DNA of 64,000 bases from Puniceicoccaceae bacterium (GTDB lineage Bacteria > Verrucomicrobiota > Verrucomicrobiia > Opitutales > Oceanipulchritudinaceae), in assembly GCA_040830765.1 (NCBI GenBank), contig JBFOMH010000004.1:238717-302716 (forward strand), given 5' to 3'. Made by a program: the position numbers and the translations under genes. The notes below the pieces were generated by a model, which was not told where the DNA came from, ran no database searches, and saw only the letters and a program-made list of their open reading frames with translations. Positions 1-9,924 of the stretch are shown here, one piece after another. Numbering within the stretch: the first letter of the stretch is position 1; the number at the start of each line of letters is the position of its first letter.

Positions 1-1147
1 CTAGCGCCTCCGGCTTGAGGCGGACCGATTCCATCGGCAGGTATCCGTCTCCCTCGGCCTGCGAGCGTTCACGCTGCAGCTCATTGGCGACATAATTGGC
101 GACCGCCTTCGGGTTTTTCCCGTACTCCGCCATGGCTTCCTCGAAGTAGCGGGCCAGCTCATGGTCATAGCAAATCACGGATGTGAGGGTGTAAGGAAGG
201 CCGAAATCCTTTTCGTACCGACGTTGCAGGTCAAAGACACCTTCCGGGAGCTCCGTCCGCAGTTCCTCAATCCGGTCCCGGGGAAAATGGACCGGCAGGA
301 GATCGGGGTCGGGGAAGTAACGGTAGTCATGGGCTTCCTCCTTGGAGCGCATGGAGCTGGTATGACCGGCATCGGCATCCCAGCGGCGCGTCTCCTGGGC
401 AACCGTGCCTCCCTTGTCGTAGACCCTGGTCTGCCTCTTGATTTCGTAGGAAATGGCATTCTTGACCCCGGTGATGCTGTTCAGGTTCTTCATCTCGGCC
501 CGGGGATTGAGGGCTTCCTGGCCAATTGGCCGGACGCTGACATTGGCATCACAGCGCATCTGGCCTTTTTCCATGTCGCAATCCGAGACGCCAGCCGACA
601 TCAGGTGCATGCGGATGGATTGCAGCAAAGCCACTGCCTCTTCCGCACTGTGGAGATCCGGTTTGGTGACTATTTCCAGAAGGGGTGTCCCGGCCCGGTT
701 GTAGTCGACCAACGAATCCTTGGTGAAGTGGGTCAGTTTTCCGACATCCTCCTCCAGATGGGCATGATCGAGGTGGATAACCTTGTGCTCCCCTGCCTGG
801 TTGCGGGACGGCCCGGCGAGCTCGATTTCCACCTCACCCCCGACGCAGACCGGGGCGTCCATCTGGGTGAGCTGATAATTCTTCGGGCTGTCGGGATAAA
901 AGTAGTTCTTGCGGTCCCATTGGAAGACATCCGGGATCTCCGAGCCAAAGATAAGCCCGAACTTGATCGCCTGTTCGATGGCTCCCTTGTTGAGGACCGG
1001 CAGGGTACCGGGCAGACCCATGACAACGGCGTTGGTCAGGCTGTTGGGAGGCTGGCCAAACCCGGTTGGCGCATCCGTGAACATCTTGGAGGCGGTCTTC
1101 AACTGGACGTGGACTTCAAGTCCGATGACGGCTTCGTATTCAGGCAT
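1..1147 (-). CDS. gatB: Asp-tRNA(Asn)/Glu-tRNA(Gln) amidotransferase subunit B (runs off the window edge)
   Basis: Not in the ORF track because it is truncated. The reverse strand from 1147 reads MPEYEAVIGLEVHVQLKTASKMF..., the canonical GatB N-terminus. It lies directly downstream of gatA. Confidence 0.96.
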   Translation of the reverse strand, partial: MPEYEAVIGLEVHVQLKTASKMFTDAPTGFGQPPNSLTNAVVMGLPGTLPVLNKGAIEQAIKFGLIFGSEIPDVFQWDRKNYFYPDSPKNYQLTQMDAPVCVGGEVEIELAGPSRNQAGEHKVIHLDHAHLEEDVGKLTHFTKDSLVDYNRAGTPLLEIVTKPDLHSAEEAVALLQSIRMHLMSAGVSDCDMEKGQMRCDANVSVRPIGQEALNPRAEMKNLNSITGVKNAISYEIKRQTRVYDKGGTVAQETRRWDADAGHTSSMRSKEEAHDYRYFPDPDLLPVHFPRDRIEELRTELPEGVFDLQRRYEKDFGLPYTLTSVICYDHELARYFEEAMAEYGKNPKAVANYVANELQRERSQAEGDGYLPMESVRLKPEAL

Positions 1148-1153
1148 GGCTGC

Positions 1154-2620
1154 TTAAAGTTCCGGTTCAGCGGTGAAGGGGTGGTCTGTTTCGTAGGCCA
1201 ATCCTGTCTGGAGCAGGGCTCCTTCGGCGAAGGGCTGGCCGATCAGCTGGAACCCGATTGGCAAACCCTTGCTGGAGAGTCCGCAGGGCATGGACAGTCC
1301 GGGAAGGCCGGCAAGATTCACCGAGATGGTAAAGATGTCCGCGAGGTACATCGAAATGGGATCATCGATTTTTTCGCCGATCCGGAAAGCCGGGGTTGGC
1401 GTGGTTGGGGTCAGGATGGCATCCACTTCCTTGAAGGCCTTGAGGAAATCATCCCGGATCAGTGTCCTGACCTGCTGGGCCCGCTTGTAGTAGGCATCAT
1501 AATAACCACTGCTGAGGACATAACTCCCGAGAATGACCCGGCGCTTGACCTCTGCCCCGAATCCTTCCCCGCGCGACTGGTAATAGAGGTCAACGGCATC
1601 CGCCGCCTTGTCCGACCGGTGCGTGTAGCGAACACCGTCATAGCGGGACAGGTTGGAGGAGGCTTCCGCAGTGGCGATGATGTAGTAGGTGGGGACAGCC
1701 AGCTCGGTGTGCGGCAGGGAGATCTCCTTGATGGTGTAGCCGAGGCCCTCGTAAGCCTTGATGACTTTTTCGAGATGCTCCCGGACTTCCGCATCGATGC
1801 CTTCGCCAAAATACTCCTTTGGGAGGCCCAGTGTGCCGGGTTCATGCGGCATGTGCAGCTGGACCGAGGCCGGCTCCAGCTCACCCGCCCATGAAGTGGA
1901 GTCCATCGGGTCATGACCACTGATGACATCCAGCAGGGCGGCCACGTCCTCGACGCTGCGACCCATGGGACCAATCTGGTCGAGGCTCGAGGCAAAGGCA
2001 ACCAGGCCGAAGCGGGAGACCCGTCCATATGTGGGTTTTAGCCCGACAACACCACAAAACGCAGCTGGCTGGCGGATGGAGCCACCGGTATCGGATCCCA
2101 GTGACCACGGGCACTCACGTGCGGCCACGGCAGCCGCGCTTCCACCCGAACTGCCGCCCGGTGCATGGTCGGTGTTCCATGGATTGCCCGTTTTCTTGAA
2201 AGCGGAGTTTTCCGTCGAGGAGCCCATGGCAAATTCGTCCATGTTCAGCCGGCCGAACGGAATCAGGCCGGCGGCGAGGAGCTTGTTGCCGACCATGCCG
2301 GTGTAGGGCGACTTGAATTGTTCGAGGATCCTGCTGGCACAGGTCAAGGGCTCTCCCTCGATGGCAATGACGTCCTTGATACCGACCGGCAGACCGTCCA
2401 GGGGGCTCAGTTCTTCCCCGGCAGCGCGGCGCGCATCGCTGGCATCCGCCGCGGCAAGGACCCTTTCCGGTTCAATGCTGAGAAAGGCACCCACCCGACC
2501 GTCCACAGCCTCCACCCGGTCGAGGAAAGCGGAGCAGATTTCCCGGGACGTTGTTTCCCCCTTGTGGAGGGCCTTGCCGAGGTCAAATGCCGATGCCTGC
2601 AATATTGATTCTGGTTCCAT
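1154..2620 (-). CDS. gatA: Asp-tRNA(Asn)/Glu-tRNA(Gln) amidotransferase subunit A
   Basis: Amidase signature GGSSGGSAAAV, GSDTGGSIRQPA and NMDEFAMGSSTENS. It lies between gatC and gatB. ATG at 2620 chosen; the ORF extends to 2635. Confidence 0.97.
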   Translation of the reverse strand: MEPESILQASAFDLGKALHKGETTSREICSAFLDRVEAVDGRVGAFLSIEPERVLAAADASDARRAAGEELSPLDGLPVGIKDVIAIEGEPLTCASRILEQFKSPYTGMVGNKLLAAGLIPFGRLNMDEFAMGSSTENSAFKKTGNPWNTDHAPGGSSGGSAAAVAARECPWSLGSDTGGSIRQPAAFCGVVGLKPTYGRVSRFGLVAFASSLDQIGPMGRSVEDVAALLDVISGHDPMDSTSWAGELEPASVQLHMPHEPGTLGLPKEYFGEGIDAEVREHLEKVIKAYEGLGYTIKEISLPHTELAVPTYYIIATAEASSNLSRYDGVRYTHRSDKAADAVDLYYQSRGEGFGAEVKRRVILGSYVLSSGYYDAYYKRAQQVRTLIRDDFLKAFKEVDAILTPTTPTPAFRIGEKIDDPISMYLADIFTISVNLAGLPGLSMPCGLSSKGLPIGFQLIGQPFAEGALLQTGLAYETDHPFTAEPEL

Positions 2621-2635
2621 GGCCAACTTTCTCAA

Positions 2636-2932
2636 TCAGGCATCTTCAACGACTTTGGGAACGACAACCTGGTCTTCCCGTGAGGCAGGGGCATTGCTGA
2701 GGGAACGTTCGGGTGCCCATGGGGTGCCGGCCACATCATCCCGCAGCGGGGCTTCGGCTTCAAAAGGGTGGGCCATCGGCTGGATGCCGGTGACATCCAC
2801 TTCCTGCAGTTTCTGGAAAAACCCAAGGATGTCGGCCAACTGGCTGCCGTAGGCTGCCTTTTCCTCCTCGGTCAACTGGATGCGCGCGAGCATGGCCAGC
2901 TTCTCAATGTCGACTTCAGGACGTTCCTGCAT
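2636..2932 (-). CDS. gatC: Asp-tRNA(Asn)/Glu-tRNA(Gln) amidotransferase subunit C
   Basis: IEKLAMLARIQL...LRDD...NAP...VVPKV pattern, about 98 aa, upstream of gatA. Confidence 0.93.
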   Translation of the reverse strand: MQERPEVDIEKLAMLARIQLTEEEKAAYGSQLADILGFFQKLQEVDVTGIQPMAHPFEAEAPLRDDVAGTPWAPERSLSNAPASREDQVVVPKVVEDA

Positions 2933-3004
2933 AAGCAACACTGGGCTAAGACTCCTTGGCCCATAGGCAAGCGCTGAATGCAACTCTGTGCCGGATGAAC
3001 TCCT

Positions 3005-4507
3005 TCAGAGCGTCCTCTCCAGCTCGGAAATAATGGCCCCGGCAGGCTCCAGCCCGATGGAAAGACGAATCAGGTCCGGGTCCACCCCATGACCCAGAAG
3101 AATGTCCCGGCCCTGTGGCGTACTGACCAGATCGTAATGAGCAAGGTACATGAATGGGCACATCATGGTGAACCGGGTGCCGAAGCTGGGGCTCTTGACG
3201 AAATTGCAGCGGTCGTAGAATTCCCGCAGCGGTTTATGTGTCGTGAACGTGAGGATGCCCCCGGGACCGGATTCAAGGTGCTGCAGCCAATTGTAATTGT
3301 AGGCCGATGGCTGGCTGCGGGCCCAGTAGAGCTGCTTGACGCCTGGATGCTTCTCAAGGAAGGCGGCCACTTCGACGGTCGTTGCGTTAATGGCCTTGAT
3401 CGTCTCCGGGTAATTCTGGATTTGTAAGGCCATGCGGGCAAGGTCCCCGCTGGCAGGTGCTGTCCCGAAGGCGGCTACCTTTTCGCGCAGGTCATCATAA
3501 AAGCGGGACTGACCGTTGAGGGCGATGGCCCCCATCATCACGTCCGCGGATGAGGCGGCGTACTTGGTCAGGCTGTTGATGTGAAGGTCCGAATAGGAGA
3601 GGATGTTGACGTTGTGCGGGCTGACGAGGGTCGGGTCGAGGATGAGGGCGGCCCGGTATTTGTCCGCCAGTTCCCGCAGTGCTTCAACGTCGGGAGTCTG
3701 CACGAGGGGATTGGTCGGGACCTCCGTGACGATCCCAGCGACCCGGTGGCCTTCGCGATGGAGGACATCCTCCAGCTCCGACAAATCCATGACGTTGTAG
3801 ATTTGGACCGGGGCCGCGCCCTGGAGGGAGAACTTCTCAAGGATGCGGGATGTATCAACGTAGAGCCAGCCCAGTTGAATCCAGAGATCCCTCTTCCGTT
3901 CTAACTGGACGGCTTGGATGGCCCGGAATCCACTGTAGAATGCATTCATCCCGCTGCGGAAAATGTGGATATCGCTTTCCACCAGTGTCCCGTAGATTGA
4001 GTGAAGCCGGCTGCGGATATAAGCCAAGTGCTCCTCGGGATGCCCCGGGGCGCGGTCTTCGGGATGGGGTGCGTGCCCGAAATGCTGCTCCAGCAGGGTT
4101 TCCGCTTCGCGTGAGGAAATGCCACATCCCGTATGCTGGAGAAAGGCCCGCGCGGCCAAGCGGATATCTTGACCTTCCGGCAGGCGAACTGTCCAAAGAG
4201 AGAGCACAGGAGCCGCGCATTCCGGATTCAGGTCGAGGTAATGACAGAGATCGACGGCGGCTGATTGGGTCGGGAGGAGCGGATCCTCCTCGTTCATGAT
4301 CCCTTCCCGGGAAAGGTGGGATGCCAGTTCCGCGATCAGCGGATTGCGGAAAAAGCGCGGATATCCGGCCGTGAATGCCTCCAGGACGCGGGGATCTTTT
4401 TCCTCGTAGCCGATCACATCCGCCATTGTCGGGAGGCTGACACAGACGCTGTGCGGACTCCCGTTGATGGAGTGGCCAAGGGGGTAGGGCTGGAAGGTCG
4501 GCTTCAA
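3005..4507 (-). CDS. PLP-dependent Cys/Met metabolism enzyme (cystathionine gamma-synthase-like, long form)
   Basis: Motifs SGMNA, EVPTNP, DPT, SLTKY (PLP lysine), PSFG and LIRLSIGLE, plus an N-terminal extension containing GYPRFF. Confidence 0.8.
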   Translation of the reverse strand: MKPTFQPYPLGHSINGSPHSVCVSLPTMADVIGYEEKDPRVLEAFTAGYPRFFRNPLIAELASHLSREGIMNEEDPLLPTQSAAVDLCHYLDLNPECAAPVLSLWTVRLPEGQDIRLAARAFLQHTGCGISSREAETLLEQHFGHAPHPEDRAPGHPEEHLAYIRSRLHSIYGTLVESDIHIFRSGMNAFYSGFRAIQAVQLERKRDLWIQLGWLYVDTSRILEKFSLQGAAPVQIYNVMDLSELEDVLHREGHRVAGIVTEVPTNPLVQTPDVEALRELADKYRAALILDPTLVSPHNVNILSYSDLHINSLTKYAASSADVMMGAIALNGQSRFYDDLREKVAAFGTAPASGDLARMALQIQNYPETIKAINATTVEVAAFLEKHPGVKQLYWARSQPSAYNYNWLQHLESGPGGILTFTTHKPLREFYDRCNFVKSPSFGTRFTMMCPFMYLAHYDLVSTPQGRDILLGHGVDPDLIRLSIGLEPAGAIISELERTL

Positions 4508-4525
4508 GGGAATGTTGGCAAACGC

Positions 4526-5776
4526 CTAGAGGTCGACCTCATTAACGAGGATCTGCTCCAAGCTTTGCCGTTTACGAGTCAGGGTGTGGGAACCATCTTC
4601 CCGCAAGAGAACCTCGGGTGCCTCCGGGAAGGAGTTGTAGTTCTTGGCGGACATGGCCCCGCAGTAAGCGCCTGCGCCACCAATCAAAGCGAGATCCCCA
4701 ATTTGGGCATTGGGAAGCTCGCGCGGGGAAAGCGCTTCCGGGTCGCCCGGCGCGGGTGTCAGGATATCCCCGGACTCACAACAGTGCCCAACCACAATGG
4801 CCGGCCGGGTCGCCTCATTCTCACGGTCGTGGAGGATATCAATGGGATGCTGGGCCCCGTAGAGGGAGGGCCGCAGGACCTCTGTCATGCCACAGTCCAG
4901 CTTGATGAAAGTGTAGCCCTCCGCACCCGTATCGACGACATCCGCGACGCTGGCCAGGACCGCCCCGGCATTGGCCACGAGGAATGTGCCCGGCTCGATC
5001 TCGAGGTGCAGCTGGCGCTCGGTGCGTTCGGAAAAGTCCCGCAGGAGTTCCGCCACCGGCTCGCCAATCAGTTGCAGGTCAGTTGCCGCTTCGTTGTCCA
5101 TGCGGGCGACTTTGAATCCGCCTCCAAGGTTCAGGTGGGTGACGGTTGAAAAGGCTTCCGCTATCTTCAGGCTGAGGGAGGCTGCCCGTGTCCAGACCGC
5201 GGGATCGCTGCCGGAGCCGATATGGGTATGAATGCGGAAAACGGTCAGCCCGTGCTTTTTGGCGACAGCCTTGGCCTCGTCGAGGTGCTCATGCCAGATG
5301 CCGAAGCTGGAGGCTGGTCCTCCGACGTTGGTCCGGTTGTTCCCCCCGGACCCAAGGCCGGGATTGAAACGCAAGCCAACGGTCTTGCCGGGAAATGCAG
5401 CCCCATATTGCTCGAGCTGACTGAGCGAACAGGCATTAACGGTTATGCCCCGCCGGACCAGATCGGCGAAATTGGCCGGCAGTTCCTGTGTGCTGAGGGA
5501 GATGCGGGTGGGATCGATGCCGGCCAGTGACAGCCGTTCGACCTCATGCCCGCTGCTGGCGTCAAAGTGCAACCCTTCGTTCTCAAAAAGCGTCAGTATT
5601 GCCCGGGTTGGAGCCGCTTTCATAGCATAACGCACCGTGAGGCCATAGGGGGACGGAAAGGCCTTGGTGGCCCGCGCCTGTTCTATGAGGCGGGCTTCAT
5701 CATAAACATAGACCGGAGTTCCATGCTCACTGGCAATGGCACTGGCCGTCGTGTAACTGAGAATTGGATCAGGCAT
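4526..5776 (-). CDS. lysA: Diaminopimelate decarboxylase
   Basis: Motifs [14 protein letters not shown] (PLP Lys), HTHIGSG, LNLGGG, EPG, CESGD and GAY. Start placed at MPDPIL. Confidence 0.9.
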   Translation of the reverse strand: MPDPILSYTTASAIASEHGTPVYVYDEARLIEQARATKAFPSPYGLTVRYAMKAAPTRAILTLFENEGLHFDASSGHEVERLSLAGIDPTRISLSTQELPANFADLVRRGITVNACSLSQLEQYGAAFPGKTVGLRFNPGLGSGGNNRTNVGGPASSFGIWHEHLDEAKAVAKKHGLTVFRIHTHIGSGSDPAVWTRAASLSLKIAEAFSTVTHLNLGGGFKVARMDNEAATDLQLIGEPVAELLRDFSERTERQLHLEIEPGTFLVANAGAVLASVADVVDTGAEGYTFIKLDCGMTEVLRPSLYGAQHPIDILHDRENEATRPAIVVGHCCESGDILTPAPGDPEALSPRELPNAQIGDLALIGGAGAYCGAMSAKNYNSFPEAPEVLLREDGSHTLTRKRQSLEQILVNEVDL

Positions 5777-5827
5777 TCTGGCCCAACTAAATGGGAGAAT
5801 GCGGCGATATGACAAGTGTGGAGACGC

Positions 5828-6931
5828 CTAAGGGCTGCTATTTGCCAGTTTCTCGAGGAATTGCAGGGTCGATTCCGCCTGCGGAAGGGGCGAGAAGCGT
5901 TCCTTGGCAAAGGCCGGGGCCCCGGCACCGTAATTTTCCCGCAATCCAGCATCACGGGCAAAGTTTTCCAAGGTGGCCGACAGGCCTTCCCGGTCTCCAG
6001 CCGGATGGATGATGCCCGTTTCGCCCGGAATGCAGGTCTCATTGACCCCGCGACAATCGTAGGCAACAACCGGCAACCCGGTCGCCTGGGCCTCGATCAG
6101 GAAATTAGGGAGGGAGTCCTCCCTTGAAACCGAAACGGCCACATCGGCAGCGGCATAGAACGGAAACGGGTCATGCTGGAAATGGAAAAACCGGACCCGC
6201 GTGCCCAGTCCGTTGGCCGCCGCCCAGTGCTTGCAGCGACGGTACTCCTTGCCGTCGCCGACTAGCCAGAGCCGCCAGTCAATCTCCCGGTGCCGTTCCC
6301 GCATGGAGGCGAATACCTTCAGGAGCTCCCGGTGCCGCTTTCCTGGCCGGAAGGTCGCGACATTGAGAAAGACGCACGTTTCTGGCTGAATCCGAAATTC
6401 CGCACGCCGGGCCTCCCGGGCCTGCTGCCATTCCTCGCGGGATCGCTCCAGGAGAACGGCGTTGTGAACGACATGGATGCGCTCCTCGGGGAATTGCCGC
6501 TCCAGCAAGCGGCGCTTCCACCAGTTGGAGTTCACCAGCACGCCACGAACTACCCCCATTGACCAGTGATGGAGGGGAAAGAGCATCTTCCCAGTACGCA
6601 ATGTCCCGACGACGGGAATGCTTGGAAAGCGGCGCTGAATAAAGCCGGCATAGCAATTGGCCGTCCGGCCCATGCAAAGTATGATATCCGGCTGGATCTT
6701 GCGGATCCGCTTCATCAGGCCCAGGGCCCAAAGAGAGACCTTGCTGTCGAAGCCCTGAAGGGTCTCCACCCGCAAGCCCTCCAGGTGCTGCTCATCCACC
6801 AGATGACCACCGGGACGGAAGGTCAGGATGACGGCATCGTGCCCCTTTTCTCCAAAGGTCCGCGCAAGGAACAGGCTTTGCTTTTCCGTTCCACCCACCC
6901 GGAGATGGTCCTGGATAATGAGGATTTTCAT
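5828..6931 (-). CDS. GT4-family glycosyltransferase
   Basis: N-terminal GGTEK motif and C-terminal SREDSLPNFLIEAQATGLPVV (E-x7-E region). Confidence 0.85.
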   Translation of the reverse strand: MKILIIQDHLRVGGTEKQSLFLARTFGEKGHDAVILTFRPGGHLVDEQHLEGLRVETLQGFDSKVSLWALGLMKRIRKIQPDIILCMGRTANCYAGFIQRRFPSIPVVGTLRTGKMLFPLHHWSMGVVRGVLVNSNWWKRRLLERQFPEERIHVVHNAVLLERSREEWQQAREARRAEFRIQPETCVFLNVATFRPGKRHRELLKVFASMRERHREIDWRLWLVGDGKEYRRCKHWAAANGLGTRVRFFHFQHDPFPFYAAADVAVSVSREDSLPNFLIEAQATGLPVVAYDCRGVNETCIPGETGIIHPAGDREGLSATLENFARDAGLRENYGAGAPAFAKERFSPLPQAESTLQFLEKLANSSP

Positions 6932-7758
6932 CCCGGATCCAATTTAAAGTATCGACGGGTGAGGGCCATCACCAGCCCCTTGGGCAGGATCCGCAAGCCG
7001 AACGGAGCGACCCTGCTCTGGAAGAAGCCTCCGCTCTTGACGGTGCAGCTCCTGCCCTTGCGAAGGGCCCGGAGGATGTCCCTCGCTGCCTGCTCCGGGG
7101 GTGGGGCAGCGGCAATATTCGCCTCCAGTTGCTGCCAGACCCGTTCCTGGCGGGGAGAGCCTTCCCCGTAACGCTTGATTTGTTCGTTGAAGGCCGTCCG
7201 GTAGTCACCCGGTTGAAAGTCGATGATGGATACCCCGCTCCCGGCCAGTTGCAGCATCAGCCCCCGGCTGTAGCTGCTCAACGCCGCTTTGCAGGCGCTG
7301 TAGCCTTCCATGTAGGGAATGGGGAACAGGGCCGCCAGCGAGCTGACATTGACCACCGCCCCACTGCCGCGCTCCTGCATTCCCCCAATGACCGTCCGGG
7401 TAAGCTGGACCGGGGCTGCCAAGAGCAAGGTTTGTTGTCCTGTTAGGACGTCTAGCGGGATTTCTGATGCCTTTCCAAAGCAACTTGAGCCCGCATTGTT
7501 AATCAATAAATTAATTTTGCTTAACAAATCTTCATTATCCCTGATAAAAGACTCAATCCCCCCACTGGTGCTTCCATCGAAGGCCAGCCACTGGATGGCG
7601 GGGTCCAAACCTTCCCGGTCGGGACGGCGGGTGGTTCCATAAACGGTGATACCCTCCGCCTTCAGTGCCTCGGCGATGGCCTGACCGATTCCCGAGGAGG
7701 CACCGGTGACAAGGGCGACCGGGAATTGCTGGGCGAGGCTGATCTGGCCGGAAGGCAT
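6928..7758 (-). CDS. Short-chain dehydrogenase/reductase
   Basis: Motifs TGASSGIG, NNAG and YSACK. Confidence 0.88.
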   Translation of the reverse strand: MPSGQISLAQQFPVALVTGASSGIGQAIAEALKAEGITVYGTTRRPDREGLDPAIQWLAFDGSTSGGIESFIRDNEDLLSKINLLINNAGSSCFGKASEIPLDVLTGQQTLLLAAPVQLTRTVIGGMQERGSGAVVNVSSLAALFPIPYMEGYSACKAALSSYSRGLMLQLAGSGVSIIDFQPGDYRTAFNEQIKRYGEGSPRQERVWQQLEANIAAAPPPEQAARDILRALRKGRSCTVKSGGFFQSRVAPFGLRILPKGLVMALTRRYFKLDPG

Positions 7759-7898
7759 GGGCGAACTGTTGGTTTGCAGGCGGATGGAGGCAAGCCCGCA
7801 TAACCCGGGACAAGCACATAATGGGTTAATGCTTCCTGAGATGGAATTGTTTCATTGCAGGCAGACGATTTAACCTGTTCTGATTCTTCGGTCAGCCA

Positions 7899-9020
7899 AT
7901 GTCACGGTCCGTCCACATTCTCACCCACGAGTTTCATCCCACAACCGGAGGCATTGGAACCTATGTTGAGGAAACAGCAGCCGCAGCCGCGGAAGCCGGC
8001 TTGGAGGTGAGGGTCTGGGCGCCCGGATTAGATGAAGGGGGGTATGATCCATTTCCATATCAGGTCAACCGGGTCCGGATGCGGGGGAAGCAGGATTGGC
8101 TATGTCGTTTCCGTATGGCTTCGGCCCTGAAAAAGGCCTTTCCGGAGGGGCGGATCCCCGGGACTCTCCTCCTCGCCGAGCCCGGTCCGATTCGCCTCTG
8201 GATGTATGCATCCTTTCTCGGCTTGCCGCGATCCGACCGCCTGATGGTCATCTTTCACGGCTCTGAGTTGCTGGCCCTGAGCCGGCACCGGCGTCGGCGG
8301 GTCCGGCTCCGTCAGTTGCTGCTGGGGACTGATTGCATTGGATGTGTGTCCGGGCCTGTACGTAAGATGGCCCTCAATCTGGGACCCGATATTTCTTCGC
8401 GAGTCGCGTTGGTTCCGGGTGCTGTGCGGTCTGCATGGACCAACCTGCCTGCAATCCCCCGGGAAAACCAACCCGAACCCGGTATTCTCCATGTCGGACG
8501 CATCCATCCCCGCAAAGGCCAGCTTGAGTTGGTCGAAGCAGCCGGCCGGCTGCCCGATACATGGCGGCAATCCGTCCGCATAAGGCTTGTCGGGCCGGTC
8601 GGGCACCCCCGGTACCTCGACCAAATCCAGCAACGGGCTGCGGAGCTTTCCGTCAGGCTGAGTCTCGAGGGCCGGCTTCCGGAGGCAAAGCTTGCTGAAG
8701 CTTACCGGACGGCCGCCATGCTGGTCCTGCCCAGCCAGCCTTACCGCAACAGTGTTGAGGGACTCGGCTTGTCACTGCTTGAGGCACAGCATTTCGGATG
8801 CCCTGTCGTCGGGACGCGTATCGGGGGCATTCCGGAAGCCATGGAAGAGGGAAAAAGCGGGCTCATTGTTTCACCCTCTGATCCCGTGGCCCTGGCGAAC
8901 GCTATCAAGCAATTGCTGGAAGACCCCCCCAGCGCCTCCACGATGGGGATGAACGGCAGCCGGTTCGTCCGGGAAACTTTTTCCTGGAGGAAAAATATCC
9001 AGCGGCTGGGATTAGCTTAG
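7899..9020 (+). CDS. GT4-family glycosyltransferase
   Basis: Motifs GGIGTY, VGRIHPRKG and EGLGLSLLEA...GGIPE. Confidence 0.88.
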   Translation: MSRSVHILTHEFHPTTGGIGTYVEETAAAAAEAGLEVRVWAPGLDEGGYDPFPYQVNRVRMRGKQDWLCRFRMASALKKAFPEGRIPGTLLLAEPGPIRLWMYASFLGLPRSDRLMVIFHGSELLALSRHRRRRVRLRQLLLGTDCIGCVSGPVRKMALNLGPDISSRVALVPGAVRSAWTNLPAIPRENQPEPGILHVGRIHPRKGQLELVEAAGRLPDTWRQSVRIRLVGPVGHPRYLDQIQQRAAELSVRLSLEGRLPEAKLAEAYRTAAMLVLPSQPYRNSVEGLGLSLLEAQHFGCPVVGTRIGGIPEAMEEGKSGLIVSPSDPVALANAIKQLLEDPPSASTMGMNGSRFVRETFSWRKNIQRLGLA

Positions 9021-9160
9021 CTTAACACCATGAGCAATTCAGCTTATACAACAGTTTATTAATTCGTGCTTATTTGTATTGGCTTTACTGTATCAGCAGA
9101 GCTTATTAACCCCTTGGGGTTCTTAATTGGAGAATTTATATCAAACCGGACAATCAAGCG

Positions 9161-9907
9161 ATGAGTTCACTCGGAAAGAAATACATCATGGCCCTCAGCG
9201 GACTGGTACTAGTCGGTTTTGCCATTGGGCACATGGTCGGGAACCTGCAGATGTTTTTGCATCCTGACTGGATCAATGAATACGCCTACAAACTGCAGCA
9301 TCTGCCATATGGCCTCCTCTGGGTGGTTCGCTCGGTGCTGCTGCTCTGCGTTGTGGCCCACATCCTGACGGCTGTGCTGCTGGTGATTGAGAATCACCGG
9401 GCCCGGCCGGAAAAGTATGTCGCCAAGGCCCAGTTGCAGGCCACCTTCGCCAGCCGGACGATGCGCTACAGCGGAATAATCCTCCTGTTTTTCATCATCT
9501 TCCACATCATGCATTTCACGGTGCAAAACATTCATCCGGAGTTCCTTCACTTGGAAACGGAGCTGGAGGGTGTTGGGACGATGCACCACGTCTATGACAA
9601 GCTTCTGCCGCTGGGGAAGACGGAGGTTCATGACGTCTACAGCATGGTGGCGCATGGATTCAGCGGTCAGTTCTGGTACGTCTCCGTATTCTACATCATT
9701 TCCATGGCGCTTTTGGCACTGCACCTGAGGCATGGCATCAGCAGCATGTTCCAGAGCCTCGGACTGCGCAACGCCCTCTGGCGGGTTCGTCTGGACGCCA
9801 TCGCCCTGGTATTGGCCATCATTGTCTTCGTGGGGTTTGCTTCCATCCCGCTGGCCAGTCTGGCCGGCCTGATTGAGCCTATCACCCCGCTGGTTGCAAC
9901 ACATTGA
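9161..9907 (+). CDS. sdhC: Succinate dehydrogenase/fumarate reductase cytochrome b subunit
   Basis: [14 protein letters not shown] start, five hydrophobic segments with His ligands, [13 protein letters not shown]. First gene of the sdhCAB operon. Confidence 0.92.
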   Translation: MSSLGKKYIMALSGLVLVGFAIGHMVGNLQMFLHPDWINEYAYKLQHLPYGLLWVVRSVLLLCVVAHILTAVLLVIENHRARPEKYVAKAQLQATFASRTMRYSGIILLFFIIFHIMHFTVQNIHPEFLHLETELEGVGTMHHVYDKLLPLGKTEVHDVYSMVAHGFSGQFWYVSVFYIISMALLALHLRHGISSMFQSLGLRNALWRVRLDAIALVLAIIVFVGFASIPLASLAGLIEPITPLVATH

Positions 9908-9924
9908 GGAAAGAGGACAGCAAC

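Noticed and set aside
161..1894. 577-aa plus-strand ORF
   Set aside because: It is an antisense shadow of gatB/gatA with no recognisable motifs. Long shadow ORFs are expected at this GC content.
9021..9160. AT-rich intergenic region as a possible replication origin
   Set aside because: There are no convincing DnaA boxes (TTATCCACA) and no dnaA/dnaN context. It is adequately explained as the sdhCAB promoter region.
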